Positions 1 to 12,500 are shown, counted from the first letter of the stretch. The stretch is 64,000 nt of DNA from Isurus oxyrinchus (GCA_026770705.1 JANJGN010000005.1:47678001-47742000), one strand, 5' to 3'. The notes: generated by a model not told the origin, from the letters alone. Made by a program: numbers and translations.

Positions 1-1389
1 CAGTCTACACCTAAACAGGACTAGGACGGATATCCTCACAGGGAGATTTGCCAGTGCTGTTGTGTGTGGTGGGGTGGGAGTGGTGGTTTAAACTAGATTG
101 GCAGAGGCTGGGAACCTGAGGGCAAATTCAGAGCAGGGAACGGGAGATACAGAATTAGTGAGTGACTCTGAAAGACAGAAGAAGCACAGGTTAAAGAGTG
201 TACAGCACAGGAATTTGGCAATGTTCAAAGGTATATATGTAAGTTCAAGGAATATAGCAAATAAAGCCGATGAGCTGAGGGCACAGATAGACTCGTGGCA
301 GCATGATATCATCACTATAACGGAAACCTGGCTTAAAGAGGGGCAAAAACGACAGCTCAACATCCCTGGATATAGAGTTTCCAGGCAGGATAGAGACGGG
401 GATAAAAAAAGGTGGGGGTGTAGCAGTACTGTTTAAAGAAACAATTACAGCTGTGAGGAAGGATGATATACTAAATGAAACATCAAATGAGGCCATATGG
501 GTTGAGCTCAGAAATAAAAAAGGGGCAGCCACACTGCTAGGAGTGTACTATCAACGCCTAAATAGTGGGAGTTAGAAGAACAAATACGTAGGCAAATTTC
601 TGAGTACAAAAACAATAGGTCAGTAATAGTTGGAGACTCTAACTACCCTAATATCAGTTAGGATATGAACAGTGTGAAGGGCACAGAGGGTACAACATTT
701 CTGAACTGAATTCAAGAGAACATTTTCAGCCAGCACATAACAAGCCCAACGAAAGGGGATGCAATTCTAGATTTAGTCTTAGGAAATAAAGCTGTGCAAG
801 TGGATGAAGTAGCAGTGTGTGAGAATTTCAGAGATAGTGCCCATAATTCAGTTAGATTTAGCATCATTATGGAAAAGGAGAAAGATAGAAGAGGAGGGAA
901 AGTTCTAAATTGGGGGAAGACAAATTTTACAAAGCTGAGAGGTGAACTGGTGAAAGTAGGCTGGATACAACTACTTGAAAATGGTGTCAAATCAGCTGGA
1001 AGCATTCAAAAGCAAGATTCCATGGATGCAGTGTTGATATGTCCCCAAAAAGAAAAGGGTGGTACTGCCAAATCTAGAACCTCCTGGATATCATATAAGG
1101 TAATATAAAGCAGAAAGAAAACTTATGAAAATCATAAAAGACTTAATACTGTAGAAAGCCAACAGGAGTATAGAAAGTACAGGGGTGAAGTAAAAAAGGA
1201 AATTATGAAAGCAAAGAGAGGATATGAAAAGCTATTGGCAGATAAAATCAAAGATAATCTTTAGATGTTTTACCAGTACATTAAGAGCAAGAGAATAGCT
1301 AAGGAAAGGATAGGTCCTATCAGAGATATACATGGTAAATTGTGCGTTGATGCTGAAGATGTGGGCAGGGTTGTCAACCGGTACTTCAT

Positions 1390-1570
1390 AAAAACAAAAA
1401 AACTGCGGATACTGGAAATCCAAAACAAAAACAGAATTACCTGGAAAAACTCAGCAGGTCTGGCAGCATCGGCGGAGAAGAAAAGAGTTAACGTTTCGAG
1501 TCCTCATGACCCTTCGACAGAACTAGATGCTGCCAGACCTGCTGCATTTTTCCAGGTAATTCTGTTTTTG
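1390..1570. mobile_element. Penelope pLTR-derived, partly inverted insertion inside CR1
   Basis: Matches the terminus of the Penelope element at 62180-62320. Flanked by a 14 bp TSD with one mismatch: AACCGGTACTTCAT (1376-1389) and AACGGGTACTTCAT (1571-1584). Confidence 0.88.
1485..1524 (-). ncRNA. Minimal type I hammerhead ribozyme motif (CUGUCGA variant)
   Basis: Minus strand reads AGUU CUGUCGA A GGGUC-AUGAG-GACUC GAAAC GUU AACUC. Confidence 0.65.
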
Positions 1571-3795
1571 AACGGGTACTTCATCTCTGTCTTCACTAAG
1601 GAGAGGGATGATGCAGACATTCTTGTTAAAAAGCGGTGTGAGATATCAGATACAATAAGCATGATGAGAGAGGAAGTATTGAAGGGACTGGCATCCTTGA
1701 AGGTGAATAAATCATCAGGGCTAGATGGATTGAATCCCAGGCTATTAAAGGAAGTCTGAGGGGAAATAGCAGATGCTCCGACATCATTTTCCAATCCTCA
1801 CTAGATACAGGGAGGTACCAGAGGACTGCAAGTCTGTGAATGTTTTACCATTATTTAAAAAGGGTGCGAGGGATAGGTCAGAAAATTTTAGGCCAGTCAG
1901 TCTGACTTCAGTGGTAGGCAAATTATTGGAATCAGTTCTGAGAGACAGGATAAACTATCACTTGGAAAGGCACGGATTGGTCAGGGATAGTCAGCATGGT
2001 TTTTTTAGGGGATGATCGTGTCTTACTAACTTTAGAATTTTTTGAAGAAGTAACAAGGAGGATTGATGAGGGTAGTGGAGTGGATGTTGTCTACATGGAT
2101 TTTAGTAAGGTGTTTGACAAAGCCCCACATGGCAAACTTGTCAGGAAAGTGAGATCCCATGGGATACAGGTGAAGGTGGCAAGTTAAGTCCAAAATTGGC
2201 TCAGGGACAGGAAACAAAGAGTAATGGTTGATATATGATTTTGCAAATGGAAACAGTGACATTCCATAGGGCTCAATGTTGGAGCCCCTGCTGCTGGTAC
2301 TATATATGAATGATTTAGACTCAAATGTGGCAGGCATTATTGGGAATTTGCAGATGACACAAAACTTTGCCATGTAGTTGACAGTGAAGAGAATAGCTGT
2401 TGTCTCCAGAATGATATCAATGGTTTGGTTGAGTAGGTGGATATGGGGTTGAGGAAGTGAGAGACATTGGAGTGCATGTCCACAGGTCCCTGAAGGTGGC
2501 AGGACAGATAGATAAGATGGAAAATAAAACATTTGGAATGCTTTTCTTTATTGGAGGAGGTATTGAATACAAAAGCAGGGATATAATGATGGACCTGAAT
2601 AAAATCCTGGTTACGTCACAGCTGAAATTATGCATACAGTTCTGGTCACGGCATTACAGAAAGGATGTAATTGCTCTGGGGATAGTGCAGAGGAGATTTA
2701 CAAGAATGTTGCCAGGGCTTGAAAATTGCAGCTATGAGGCAAGATTGGACAGGCTAGGGTTATTTTTCTTGGAACCAAGGCAGCTAAGTGGTGACCTAAT
2801 TGAGGTGTACAAAATTATGAAGGGTCTAGGTAGGCTAGACAAGAAAGACCTGTTTCCCCTAGCTGAGGGGTCAATACATAGAGGGGCATAGATTTAAGGT
2901 GATTAGTAGAAGGATTAGAGGGGACATGTGGAATTATTTTTCTCCAGAGGGTGATGGACATCTGGAATTCACTGCCTAAATTGGTGGTTAAGGCTGAAAT
3001 ACTGAACTCATGTAAATGGTAACTGGATCTGCACCTAAAGTGCTATAACTTACAAGGCTAGGACCAGTGGGATTAAAATGAGTGACTAGTTTCTTTTTTT
3101 GGCCTGCGCAGACACAATGGGCTGAATGACCTCTTTCTGCGCTGGAACTTTTCTGTGGTTCTATCTCCAAAGCTGTGCTTAAAAATCCACTCCATGTTTT
3201 TCAGTGGTTCAGTAGAATACATTTTGATTCAGCAGCAACAATGACATTTGTTCCATAGGGAATGACAATAATGGGCCATCTGTTCCAGGGTCAGCTAACA
3301 GTTGGACAACATTTACAGCTTGGATACTCACCTGACAAGGCATTGACATCTCTGAGGCACAGTGACTTCAGCAACTTACCTCTCAAATGGACGTTTCAGA
3401 AGGCCTGCTTTATATCTGCGCCTGAGTCTCCCAACCTGCACCTCCAACTCCTCACTACTTCTGGGATCACCTGCCCTGTCTTTCCTGTCCTGGCCCTCGC
3501 CACAGCCCCACAAACCCATCCCTTGGAATCAGAAGTTCAGGCAGACATTTTTACAGGACAGGTTCATGGAGCTGGAAATTCTCTCATCTCTATGTGCCCA
3601 GCCTGGGAGTGAAAATCGGGGCCGGAGCTTATCAAATTCAAGGCCTTTTTGTGCTGTTGGCCCACATCAACAGGGAACTAAGCTGAGGCAGCTCAAATTA
3701 ATTCCCTGTTAAATTCTTACAGCCAACAAATAGGCAATCTCAACCTGATTCAAAACCAGTTCCCAAAGGTGAAATAAAATTATACTAACTCACTG

Positions 3796-3924
3796 GGGAT
3801 GAAATTAGCTTTTTGGCAGAACTGTAAAATGGCCCTCATTCCATTCTTTTTTCCATTAGAATAGAAACTGGGCCGTCAATCAATATTGCTTATTTTGCAT
3901 TAGCACAGAAGATTAATTTCATTC
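3796..3924. mobile_element. Small old MITE-like inverted repeat
   Basis: GGGGATGAAATTAGC...GATTAATTTCATTCC imperfect terminal inversion. Confidence 0.4.
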
Positions 3925-4097
3925 CTTATTATCTCCAATGTACACACACAATATGATTGGTTACCATTGTACTTTGACATTTTAGTGGATAGAAATTGTA
4001 AAATAAACTTTCCTCTCACGCACAAGCATAACCACATCCTCACTTTGTTAAGTAAAGACTTATCACCCAGTCTCCAATTCTAATGAGTTCAAGCATC

Positions 4098-4432
4098 AGC
4101 TGTCCAGTGGCTCAGTGGTAACATTCTTGTCTCAAAGTTAGAGGGTTGTACATTCAAGTCCAAGTCTAGGGGTTTCAGCATGTAATCCAAGCTGACACTC
4201 TAATGCTGTACAGAGGGACTGGATCCATGGCACCTTTTCAAGGAGCAGGGGAGATTGCCCCCCATGTGCCCAGGCCAATATATATACTTCAATTAACATC
4301 ACTGATTATCTGGCTGTAATCATATTGCTGCTTTGTGTACAAATTGCCTGCTGTGTTTCCTACATTACAACAGTAATTGCACATCAAAGATATTTAATTA
4401 GATATAAAGGACTATAGGATGTCCTGTGGCCA
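4098..4432 (+). mobile_element. tRNA-derived SINE with Deu-domain-like body (SacSINE1/AmnSINE-like)
   Basis: A-box GTGGCTCAGTGG and degenerate B-box (CATTCAAGTCC), then body CCAGGCCAATAT...GATTATCTGG...TTTCCTACATTACAACAG; a second copy lies at 37528-37897 on the minus strand. Confidence 0.7.
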
Positions 4433-5491
4433 TTTCAAGCTTTTAAAACCAGCTGTTTTAGAATTGTTAACCACCATTTCTAATTTACTGTGGCTTCTAT
4501 TTTACTCTAATCAACCTCATTAAAAAGAACCCACTGCCTAAAGGAAAATTAAGACTACAATAGAACAACGAGGTAGTGATAGCAATTAAAATGGAAGTTA
4601 TCTCATTTCTGGGTTCCTATATCTTGTGAACTCCCTTCTCACCATTTAGAAATTAACAGGGCACCACGTGGGGGATTGGATTCCCTGCTGATCAATGTGG
4701 GTTAACAATACAAGAGCAAACTACTGTGGATGCTGAAAATCTGAAATAAGAACATAGGATATAGGAAATAGGAACACAAGGTTTAGGAGCAGGATTAAGC
4801 CATCTAGCCCATCGAGGCTGCTCCGCCACTCAATAAGATCATGGCTGATACGGTTATGGTCTCAGCTCCACTTTCCTGTCAGTCCCTTAACCCTTGACCC
4901 CCCTTGTTGGTCAAAAATCTGTCTAACTCTGTCTTGAATAAATTCAATGACCCAACTTCCACTGCTCTCTGGGGAAGAGAATTCCACACACTAAAGAATT
5001 TCTCCATATCTCTGTCTTAAAAGGGAGACCTCTTATTCTTAAACTGTGTCCCCTGGTTCTTGTCTCACCCCACAAGTGGAAACATCCTTCCAGTATCTAC
5101 CCATCAAGTCCCTTCAGGATCGTATATGTTTCAATAAGATCACCTCTCATTTTTCTGAACTCCAATGGATTTGGCACAACCTATCCAACCTTTCTTCATA
5201 GGATGAGCCCTTCATCCCAGGAATGAGTTGAGTGAAACTTCTGTGTAGCTTCTAATGCAATTAAAGCTTTTTGTCAAATAAGGAGACCAAACCTGTACAC
5301 AATATTCCAGATGTGGTGTCACCAATGCCCTGTAAAACTTCAGCTGCAATAAAACCTCCCTACTTATATATTTGATTCCCCTTGCAATGAACACCAACAT
5401 TCCATCGCCTTCCTAATCACTTGCTGTACCTGCATACTAACATTTTGTAATTCATGTTCCAGGGCACCTAGATCCCTCTGTACCACCAAGT

Positions 5492-5605
5492 TGGACTCGA
5501 AATCAAGTTCTGTCGAAGGGTCATGAGGACTCGAAACGTCAACTCTTTTCTCCTCCGCCGATGCTGCCAGACCTACTGAGTTTTTCCAGGTAATTCTGTT
5601 TTTGT
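5492..5605 (+). mobile_element. Penelope pLTR fragment inside CR1
   Basis: GTTCTGTCGAAGGGTCATGAGGACTCGAAACGTCAACTC...CCAGGTAATTCTGTTTTTG, near-identical to 30426-30530. Confidence 0.85.
5506..5545 (+). ncRNA. Minimal type I hammerhead ribozyme motif (CUGUCGA variant, GUC cleavage triplet)
   Basis: AGUU CUGUCGA A GGGUC-AUGAG-GACUC GAAAC GUC AACU; stem I AGUU/AACU, stem II 5 bp. Confidence 0.7.
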
Positions 5606-7717
5606 TCTGCAATCTCACTCCATTTAAATAGTATAGCACATTTCCATTCTTCTTGCCAAAGTGGACAAATTCACACTTTCTCACATTATACTCCATCTGC
5701 CAATTTTTTGCCCACTCATTTAACCCGTTTATATCCCTTTGCAGACTCTCTACTTCCTCTTGACAACTTACTTTCCTACTCACCTAGACGTCATCAGCAA
5801 ATTTAGCGACCATACATTTGGTCCCTTCATCCAAATCATTGATGTAGATTGTAAATAGCTGATGCCCCAGCATTGATCCCTAAGGCACTCTGCGGGTCAG
5901 AGCTTGCCAACCCAAAAATTACCCATTTATCCCTACTCTCTGTTTCCTGTTAGCTAACTAATCCTATAGCCATACCAATATGTTACCCCCTCAACAATGT
6001 TTTCTTGTCTTGTATAGTAACTTTTGTTGTGGCACCTTATCACCTGCTGTATCTGCATGCTAACATTTTGTAATTCATGCACCACGACACCTAGATCCCT
6101 CTCGGAAATCCTTTTGGAAATCCAAGTCCACCACGTCTACGGTTGCCATTTTTTCCACCTTGCTTGTTGCTTCCTCAAAAAACTCTAATAAATTAGTTAA
6201 ACATGATTTCCTTTTCACAAACCCATATTGACTCTTCCTAATCAAATTATGATTTTTTAAATATCCTGCAATAACCTCCTTAATAATGGATTCTAGAAAT
6301 TTCCCTATGACAGATGTTAGGCTAACTGGCCTGTTTCCTGCTTTCTGTCTCCCTCCTTTTTTGAATAGAGGTGTTACATTAGCTATTTTCCAATCCACTG
6401 GTATCCTTTCAGAATCTAAGGTATTTTGGAAGATTATAACCAATGCGTCTATTATCTCTGCAGCCATTTCTTTTAAGATTCTAGGATGTAGGCCATCTGG
6501 TCCTGGGGAGTTGAGGGCCTTTAGGTCTAATAGTTTCCCCAGCACCTTTCCCCTACTAAAGATTGTTCTAAGCTCCTCCCTCCCGTTCGCATTTTGATTT
6601 TCAAGAATCTTTTGGAACCTTCCTACATCTTCTACAGTGAAGACAGAGACAAAATACCTGTTGAACGCCTGCACCATTTCCTTGGCTTCCATTATCAATT
6701 CCCCAGACTCACTCTCTGGTGGACCAACAGTAGCTTTATTTATTCTGTTCCTATTTAAATACTTGTGGATACTCTTACCATCTGCTTTTATATTACTAGT
6801 TAGCTTTCTCTCATACTCAACTTTCTCCCTGTTTTTTTTACTCATTCTTTGTTCTTAAAATCTGACCAATCTGCTAAACTACTGCTAATCTTTGCAGATT
6901 TGTACAGTGTTTTTTCAATTTGATGCAATTCTTAACTTCTTTATTCAGCCATGGATGATGCATTCTTCTCAAAGAGCCTTTCTTTCTTACTGAGATAAAC
7001 CTTTGCTGAGAGTTATTAAATATCTCCTTAGAAATCTGCCATTGCATTTCTACTGTCCTGCCTTCTAAACCAGATTCCCAGTTCACCTTAGCTGACTCTA
7101 TTTTCATACCCTTATAATTATCAATATTCAGGTTTAAAACACTAGTCTTAGACCCATACTTCACCCTTTCAAACTGAACATGAAATTCTATCATGTTATG
7201 ACTGCTGACACCTAAAGGCTCCTTTTACCAAGAGGTTATTAATTAATCCTGTCTCATTGCTCATTACAGGTTTAGGATAGCCTGCTCTCAAGTTGGCTCT
7301 ACAACATGCTGCTCTAAGAATTTGTCCCACATACACTCTATGAACTCATTTTCCAGGCTACCTTTGCCAATCTGAGTCATCTAATCTACACGCAGATCAA
7401 AGTCAACCATGATTATTATGGTACCTTTCTTATACACCCCATTTATTTTGTCCTGTAAACTCTGTCCTACAGTGTAACTACTTTTAGTGGGTGTATAAAC
7501 TATTCCCACAAGTGACCTCTTACCTTTCCTATTTCTTATCTCTACTCAAACTGATTCTACATATTGTTCTTTTGAGCTAAGGTCACCTCTCAACCCTGTA
7601 CTAATGACATCCTTAATTAACAGAGCTACCCAACTACCATTTCCTAGTTTCCTATCTTTTTGAAATGTCAAATACCCTTCAAGATTCAGGTCCCAGCCTT
7701 GGGCACCTTGCAACCAT

Positions 7718-8947
7718 GGCCGGGATTTTCCGTTCCCGCCAGTGTTGGGCGTGTTCGATGGCATGAGTGGGCAATATGGCGAGAAACCAAAAATCGATTT
7801 CATGACATCGTGAAACCAATTTGTAGTCTTGCCCGTTGATGGCAGGCTGCGTTCCCCACATCAGACTTCAGGAATCTCAGTGTAATACATTAGCACACCA
7901 TAATAAGGCCAGCCTACCAGACATATCCCCTACCCAGCTGGATCATCCACCCACATTGGTTGGGAAACATGTGTTTCACAACAGTATATACAAGGCGGGC
8001 ACTTGGCGGGCTGCACTTCACTCAGGACTTCAAGGTTTGTTTGTCTGCCTCACTTCGGTCAGCACTCACAGTCATCAATGCCAGGTTTCACAGACAGCAC
8101 CACAGCACTTTTACAAGGGCTCCCGGGAAGGTATCTACCTACCAGGTCAGCCATATGTAGATGGCTTTTCAACAGCTGTGGGGCAAGGTCTTGCTTGGGG
8201 AAGGGGGAGAAGAGGCCTCAGGCTAGGCAAGAGGCTGCAAGACGAGAGCTGTACTGGGGAAGAGGGGTATCCCAGGGTGTGTGTGGGGGCACTTGTTGAC
8301 CTGTGCAAGTGGCCTCAAGATGGTGAAGGCTGAGGACACAGTGTCCAGAGGAGATGAGGCCAGATGGAGATGTGAGGATATGTGTGTGAGAATGGGTGGT
8401 GATGTCCCTTGAGCTGGCAGTGGCTGAGATGCCAGTGAATGTGTGATGGAGTGTGAGTTCAGAGTGATGAGATGGTTGCCATATCCTGGCGGCACAGATG
8501 AGATCATTGATCCTCTATCTGTATTGGATGGCCAACCTCTTCTGTGTAACATTGGCACTGATCACCACTGCCATCGCCTACCAACCAGAGTGGTAATGTG
8601 GCCGCCCCTCCTCCGGCCAGAGCAGGGGTAGAGGATGTCACAGCAGGCCTCCATGTTGTCCAAAAGGCACTCGAGTGCTGCAGTCTTCTTGCCTTTTGGG
8701 GCCTTGTCTTCTTTGCAGCAGCCTGGGCTGGAAGCATTGAGCACGGCTGTACTTTAAATGTGGTGCCTGGTGTGATGAAGCTGTGAGGTGATGGACGAAT
8801 GAGAGCCCACCTGCCATCACAACGGCATGTATTGCAGGAATGCATAAGTAATGGAGCAGGTTTGGGATGACACGGCATGAAAACCCACCATCGCAGCCGG
8901 CATTACCCACCCATTACCCACAGTGCAAACTTGGACTGATTCGGTCC
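7718..8947 (-). mobile_element. Non-autonomous PIF/Harbinger element with decayed Myb/SANT exon
   Basis: 3 bp TSD CAT (7715-7717 and 8948-8950); ends GGCCGGGAT / ATTCGGTCC. Minus-strand peptide ALECLLDNMEACCDILYP is homologous to 18039-18290. Confidence 0.8.
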
Positions 8948-10404
8948 CATTCCTTTGTAATAGCTAACAGGTCATACATATTTATTTCTAATTGTGCTAA
9001 TAATTCATCCATTTTGTTACAAACGTTCCTCACTTTCAGATACAGAACCTTTAACTTTGTCTTTTTACCATTTTTGCAAGCTCTGGTCTTATCTCCTGGT
9101 ACGCTCTTAAGTATGTACTCTTTGTCCCTTCCTGCCATACTCTGATTATCTTTACCCAAATCTCTACACTGCTCTAGTACCTCATTGTTACCTTTTGATT
9201 TACTACATCTCCTCTCACACAATCCCTTCCCCCCACTATTTAGTTTAAAGTTCTCTCTACTACCCTAGTTATACAATTCGCCAGAACACTGATACCAGCA
9301 CGGTTCAGGTGAAGCTCATCTCAACAGTACAGGTCCCACTTTCCCCAGTACTGGTGCCAGTGCCCCATGCATTTGAGCCACATATTCATCCCTCTAATCT
9401 TATTTGCCCTGTGTCAATTTCCTCTTGCATATGGTAATAATACAGAAATTATTATCTTTGTAGTTCTGCTTTTTAATTTAGCTCCTAGCTGCTCATAATT
9501 CCTAAGCAGAACCTCTTTCATAGTCCTTTCTCTATCATTGGTAATGGATCCTTCCCCTCCCATTGCAAGTTCCTCTCCAGGTCAGTGCAGATGTCCCGAA
9601 ACCTCGCACCAAAAGGCAACCATCTGGACTCACTCTCTCAACTGCAGAGAACTGTATCAATCCCACTGACTATACTGTGCCCTGCTACAATTACATTCCT
9701 ATTAACTCCCCCCACTTAAATGGCTTCCTGTACCACGGTGCCATGGTCAGTTTGCTCATCCATTCTGCAGTCCCCACTTTCATCCCTGCAAGCTGCGATA
9801 ACTTCAAACCTATTGGACAATTGCAAGGATGAGGCTCCTCCACTTCTAACTTCCCAATCCCCTTACCTGCCTCACTCGCAGTCACACCCTCCTGTTTCTG
9901 ACCACTGACCAAATCAGAAGTCTCTAACCTAATGGGCCTGACTGCCTCCTGGAACAAAGTGTCCAGGTAACTTTAACCCTCCCTGATGAATTTCAGGGTC
10001 TGCAGCTCAGACTCCAGCTTGATGACTCTGAGCCAAAACTCCTCAAATGGTTGACACTTTACTAGACGTGTTTGTCCTGGATCACGCCAGCAGAGGGAGC
10101 TCACACATTCTGCAGTCGCAACATGTCACCTGTTTTCTTTATTATGTTTTAATTAATTAATTATTATTTCTTAATTAATTTATATTAATAAACCCTGCTA
10201 CTCACAAAAAGCTTTACTACTTCTAGTGAATCTTACTACTGCTAATCAAATTTTACAATTACCAACAAATTACCCAAGTTTTGAAATATAAAGGAGCAAA
10301 ATACTCAACAGCCAATCACTTACCTGCTTCCCTGCTCCCACACTGCACCGAATTCCCTTATTCACCAAATTCACAGTGATGTCTTCATGCTTGCTAAGAA
10401 AGAC

Positions 10405-11310
10405 ATGAAATGCTGAAAATATTCAGTAGGTCTGGAAACATCTGTGGCGAGAGCAACAGAGGGCTGGATTTTCACTCTCGAGGGGGGTAGTGGGAGTCGG
10501 GAGATTTCCTGGCTCAGCCCACCCACTTCGGGAGAAAATGCCCACAAGGACGGGATTTTCTTTGTTTGGGGGAGGGGGATGCAGCTATGGGCTGGAGTTG
10601 GGCCAGCTGACCTGGGAAAAAGTTCGGAGCAACCACATGGGTTGCTGGGAGCCAAGGTGGGCTGTTTAAAAGGCCTATCCCAGTTACAATAAAAACAGAG
10701 AAGTCCTCCAACCTGACCCCTCATGCAACCTCACTCCTCACACACTCTCCTTGCCTCATCCATGCCACCTCATGCCCCCCACCCAATCCCTGTGGCCCGT
10801 CATGCATCCATGCTGAGGTATGCCCCCCCCCCCCCTCCCAAACAACCTCTATGTCTTCTCATGCCCCTCATGCCAATAGGGGCTGATTGAGGGGCATATC
10901 TTGGCATGGGGGGACATGAGGAGTACCTTTTGTACTTACATTTCAAAAGGTTCCCTCATGCAGTCTATGTTTCAAGACACATCTGAGGTGCTGTGAATCA
11001 TAACTCATTGAAAAGCTGGCCCAACTCCATGAATATTGCAGAGGACTAGGACATGCCAATCCCCACAATGAAACCAGCCAGGTCAGGAGTGCAGGGTGTG
11101 AATTCGCTACCTGAACCAGTCCACACCCTTAAAAGGCCCTGTTGAAAATTGGAAACCCCGAGAATGGGATTGGGAATCCCAGAATTGGGACCTGCCCACT
11201 ATTTTTAAAGGGTTCCCAAGCCATCCCGACTCGGCGAAAATCAAACCCAGAGTTAACATTTCAGGTCGAGGTGAATGATGAATGATGAAAGATCATTGAC
11301 CTCAAACATT
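10405..11310. mobile_element. Old Penelope pLTR fragment split by a MITE
   Basis: AAATGCTGAAAATATTCAGTAGGTCTGGAAACATCTGTGG...CAGA, then the insert, then AGAGTTAACATTTCAGGTC; degenerate hammerhead-like TGATGAAAGATCATTGACCTCAAACATT at about 11283-11310. Confidence 0.6.
10461..11248. mobile_element. Harbinger-type MITE (family B)
   Basis: TIRs GGGCTGGATTTTC / GAAAATCAAACCC and TSD AGA; similar to 32820-33700. Confidence 0.75.
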
Positions 11311-11616
11311 GGGTTGGATTTCACCAGGGACAGGCTGGGGGCAGGGAGGAGCCAAAAAATGGTGAGGGAAGGCTGGGGGTTTGGATCATCCGTCATCCTT
11401 CCTTTCGCCAAGGCATTCCACCTATGGGATTGGCATTTTACCACTGACAAGTGGGCCCTCTGCTGGGTGGGAAGATATCCTGGGGAAACCTGGCACCCTC
11501 TGTGTGGGCTTGGGTGGGTGCGGGGGGGTGGTTTCTAATCAGGCCTATGGAATTATCTCCCTAAGTGGCTGCCCACATGACAACATCACCCCCAGCCTCA
11601 CTGAACTCCTCCCCCA

Positions 11617-11711
11617 CCTGAAGAAGGGTCATATGGACGAAATGTTAACTCTGTTTCTCTCTCCACAGATGTTGCTAGACCTGCTGAGTTTTTCCAGCAT
11701 TTTCTGTTTGT
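11617..11711 (+). mobile_element. Penelope pLTR fragment with degenerate hammerhead (canonical CUGAAGA core), inside a MITE-like stretch starting at 11311
   Basis: CCTGAAGAAGGGTCATATGGACGAAATGTTAACTCTGTTTCTCTCTCCACAGATG...TTTTTCCAGCATTTTCTG. Confidence 0.7.
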
Positions 11712-11799
11712 GTCCCTCCCCCACCTCAGCAGCCTTGTGCATTTAGGTGTGTAAGGAAATTCTTACATGCAGCTGTAGATTCAAATTTAGAAAACATCT

Positions 11800-11955
11800 C
11801 CTCTATGTATCAGGAATATGCAACGTGTTGCTCATGGAAACGGACAAAAATGTGAGCGAGAGCTGGCCCTAGAGGAGAAACCATAGCAACACCATTATTT
11901 TGGCATACACGGTGCCATTAAAGCTGAACTCAACTGCACGAATTGCTAAGTTCTT
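11800..11955 (-). mobile_element. Penelope-like reverse transcriptase fragment (second lineage)
   Basis: Minus-strand translation with one frameshift: VEFSFNGTVYA/NNGVAMVSPLGPALAHIFVRFHEQH, matching the GxxMGSPL motif. Confidence 0.7.
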
Positions 11956-12165
11956 AAGTCCAATAAAAACAGAATTTCATTGCACAGCTTAATGCAGGCT
12001 TGTCCAAGGCCTGGTCCATGTGCCAAATGCGGCCCTCAAGGTATTTTCGTCCAGCCCGCCATGTCGTTGGAGTCAACCATCTAAGACTTTATGGACAGAA
12101 TTTTGAAAAATATTCAGAGCCTGCTCGTCCAATCACAGGCTGGTTTCTCCATGCATTGGGAGTAG

Positions 12166-12500
12166 AGGTGTTCAAAGATGGGGGTGGGGGGGGGTGCTCA
12201 GAGCTGGGGGTGGGGATGGAATGGGTGCTTGGATCTGGGGCCGGGAGCGGAGGCGGTGCTCGGAGCTTGAGGTGGAAGTGGAGGAGGTGCTCAGAACTGG
12301 GGGTGGGAGGGGGAAGTTGGGCTCAGAGCTGAGAGCTGGGGGTTGGAGGGGTTGCCCGGATCTGAGCGGGGCAGGGGGAACCTCAGAAGTGGGGAGCCCA
12401 GTAACGAGGACTCCAGGAGTGGGAAGCCCTGAGGTGGGGAGCTGAAGGTGGGGGGCCCAGGACTGATGAGCCCAAGACCGGTGAGCCCAGGCCTCCAGAG
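12166..12500 (+). repeat. G-rich degenerate minisatellite
   Basis: Repeated GGTGCTCAGAGCTGGGGGTGG-like units. Confidence 0.7.

Larger units (their letters stand above)
1..3164 (+). mobile_element. CR1 LINE, near full-length ORF2, decayed (ORF1 C-terminus, APE endonuclease, RT, 3' UTR)
   Basis: Fragments IITITETWLKEG...NIPGYRV (APE), SSGLDGLNPRLLKE, RPVSLTSVVGKLLE, VDVVYMDFSKVFDK and QFWSRHYRKD...QRRFTRMLPGL; multiple stops and frameshifts; tail TTCTGTGGTTCTAT at about 3150-3164. Confidence 0.93.
4750..10330 (-). mobile_element. CR1 LINE, near full length and decayed; interrupted by Penelope (about 5490-5605) and Harbinger (7718-8947)
   Basis: ORF 6075-6845 has SPGPDGLHPRILKE...RPVSLTSVIGKFLE...VDVVDLDFQK. 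The APE reads YDLLAITKEW (8914-9222) and continues as PWLQGAQGWDLNLEGY across the insert. ORF1-like sequence at 9300-10130; tail at 4750. Confidence 0.9.

Noticed and set aside
1265-1759. Shared peptide QNKNRITWKNSAGLAASAE in several ORFs as a novel protein domain
   Set aside because: It is the translation of the non-coding Penelope pLTR inserted at several sites.
4098-4180. tRNA gene
   Set aside because: A/B-box-like motifs only, no intact cloverleaf, followed by a SINE body.
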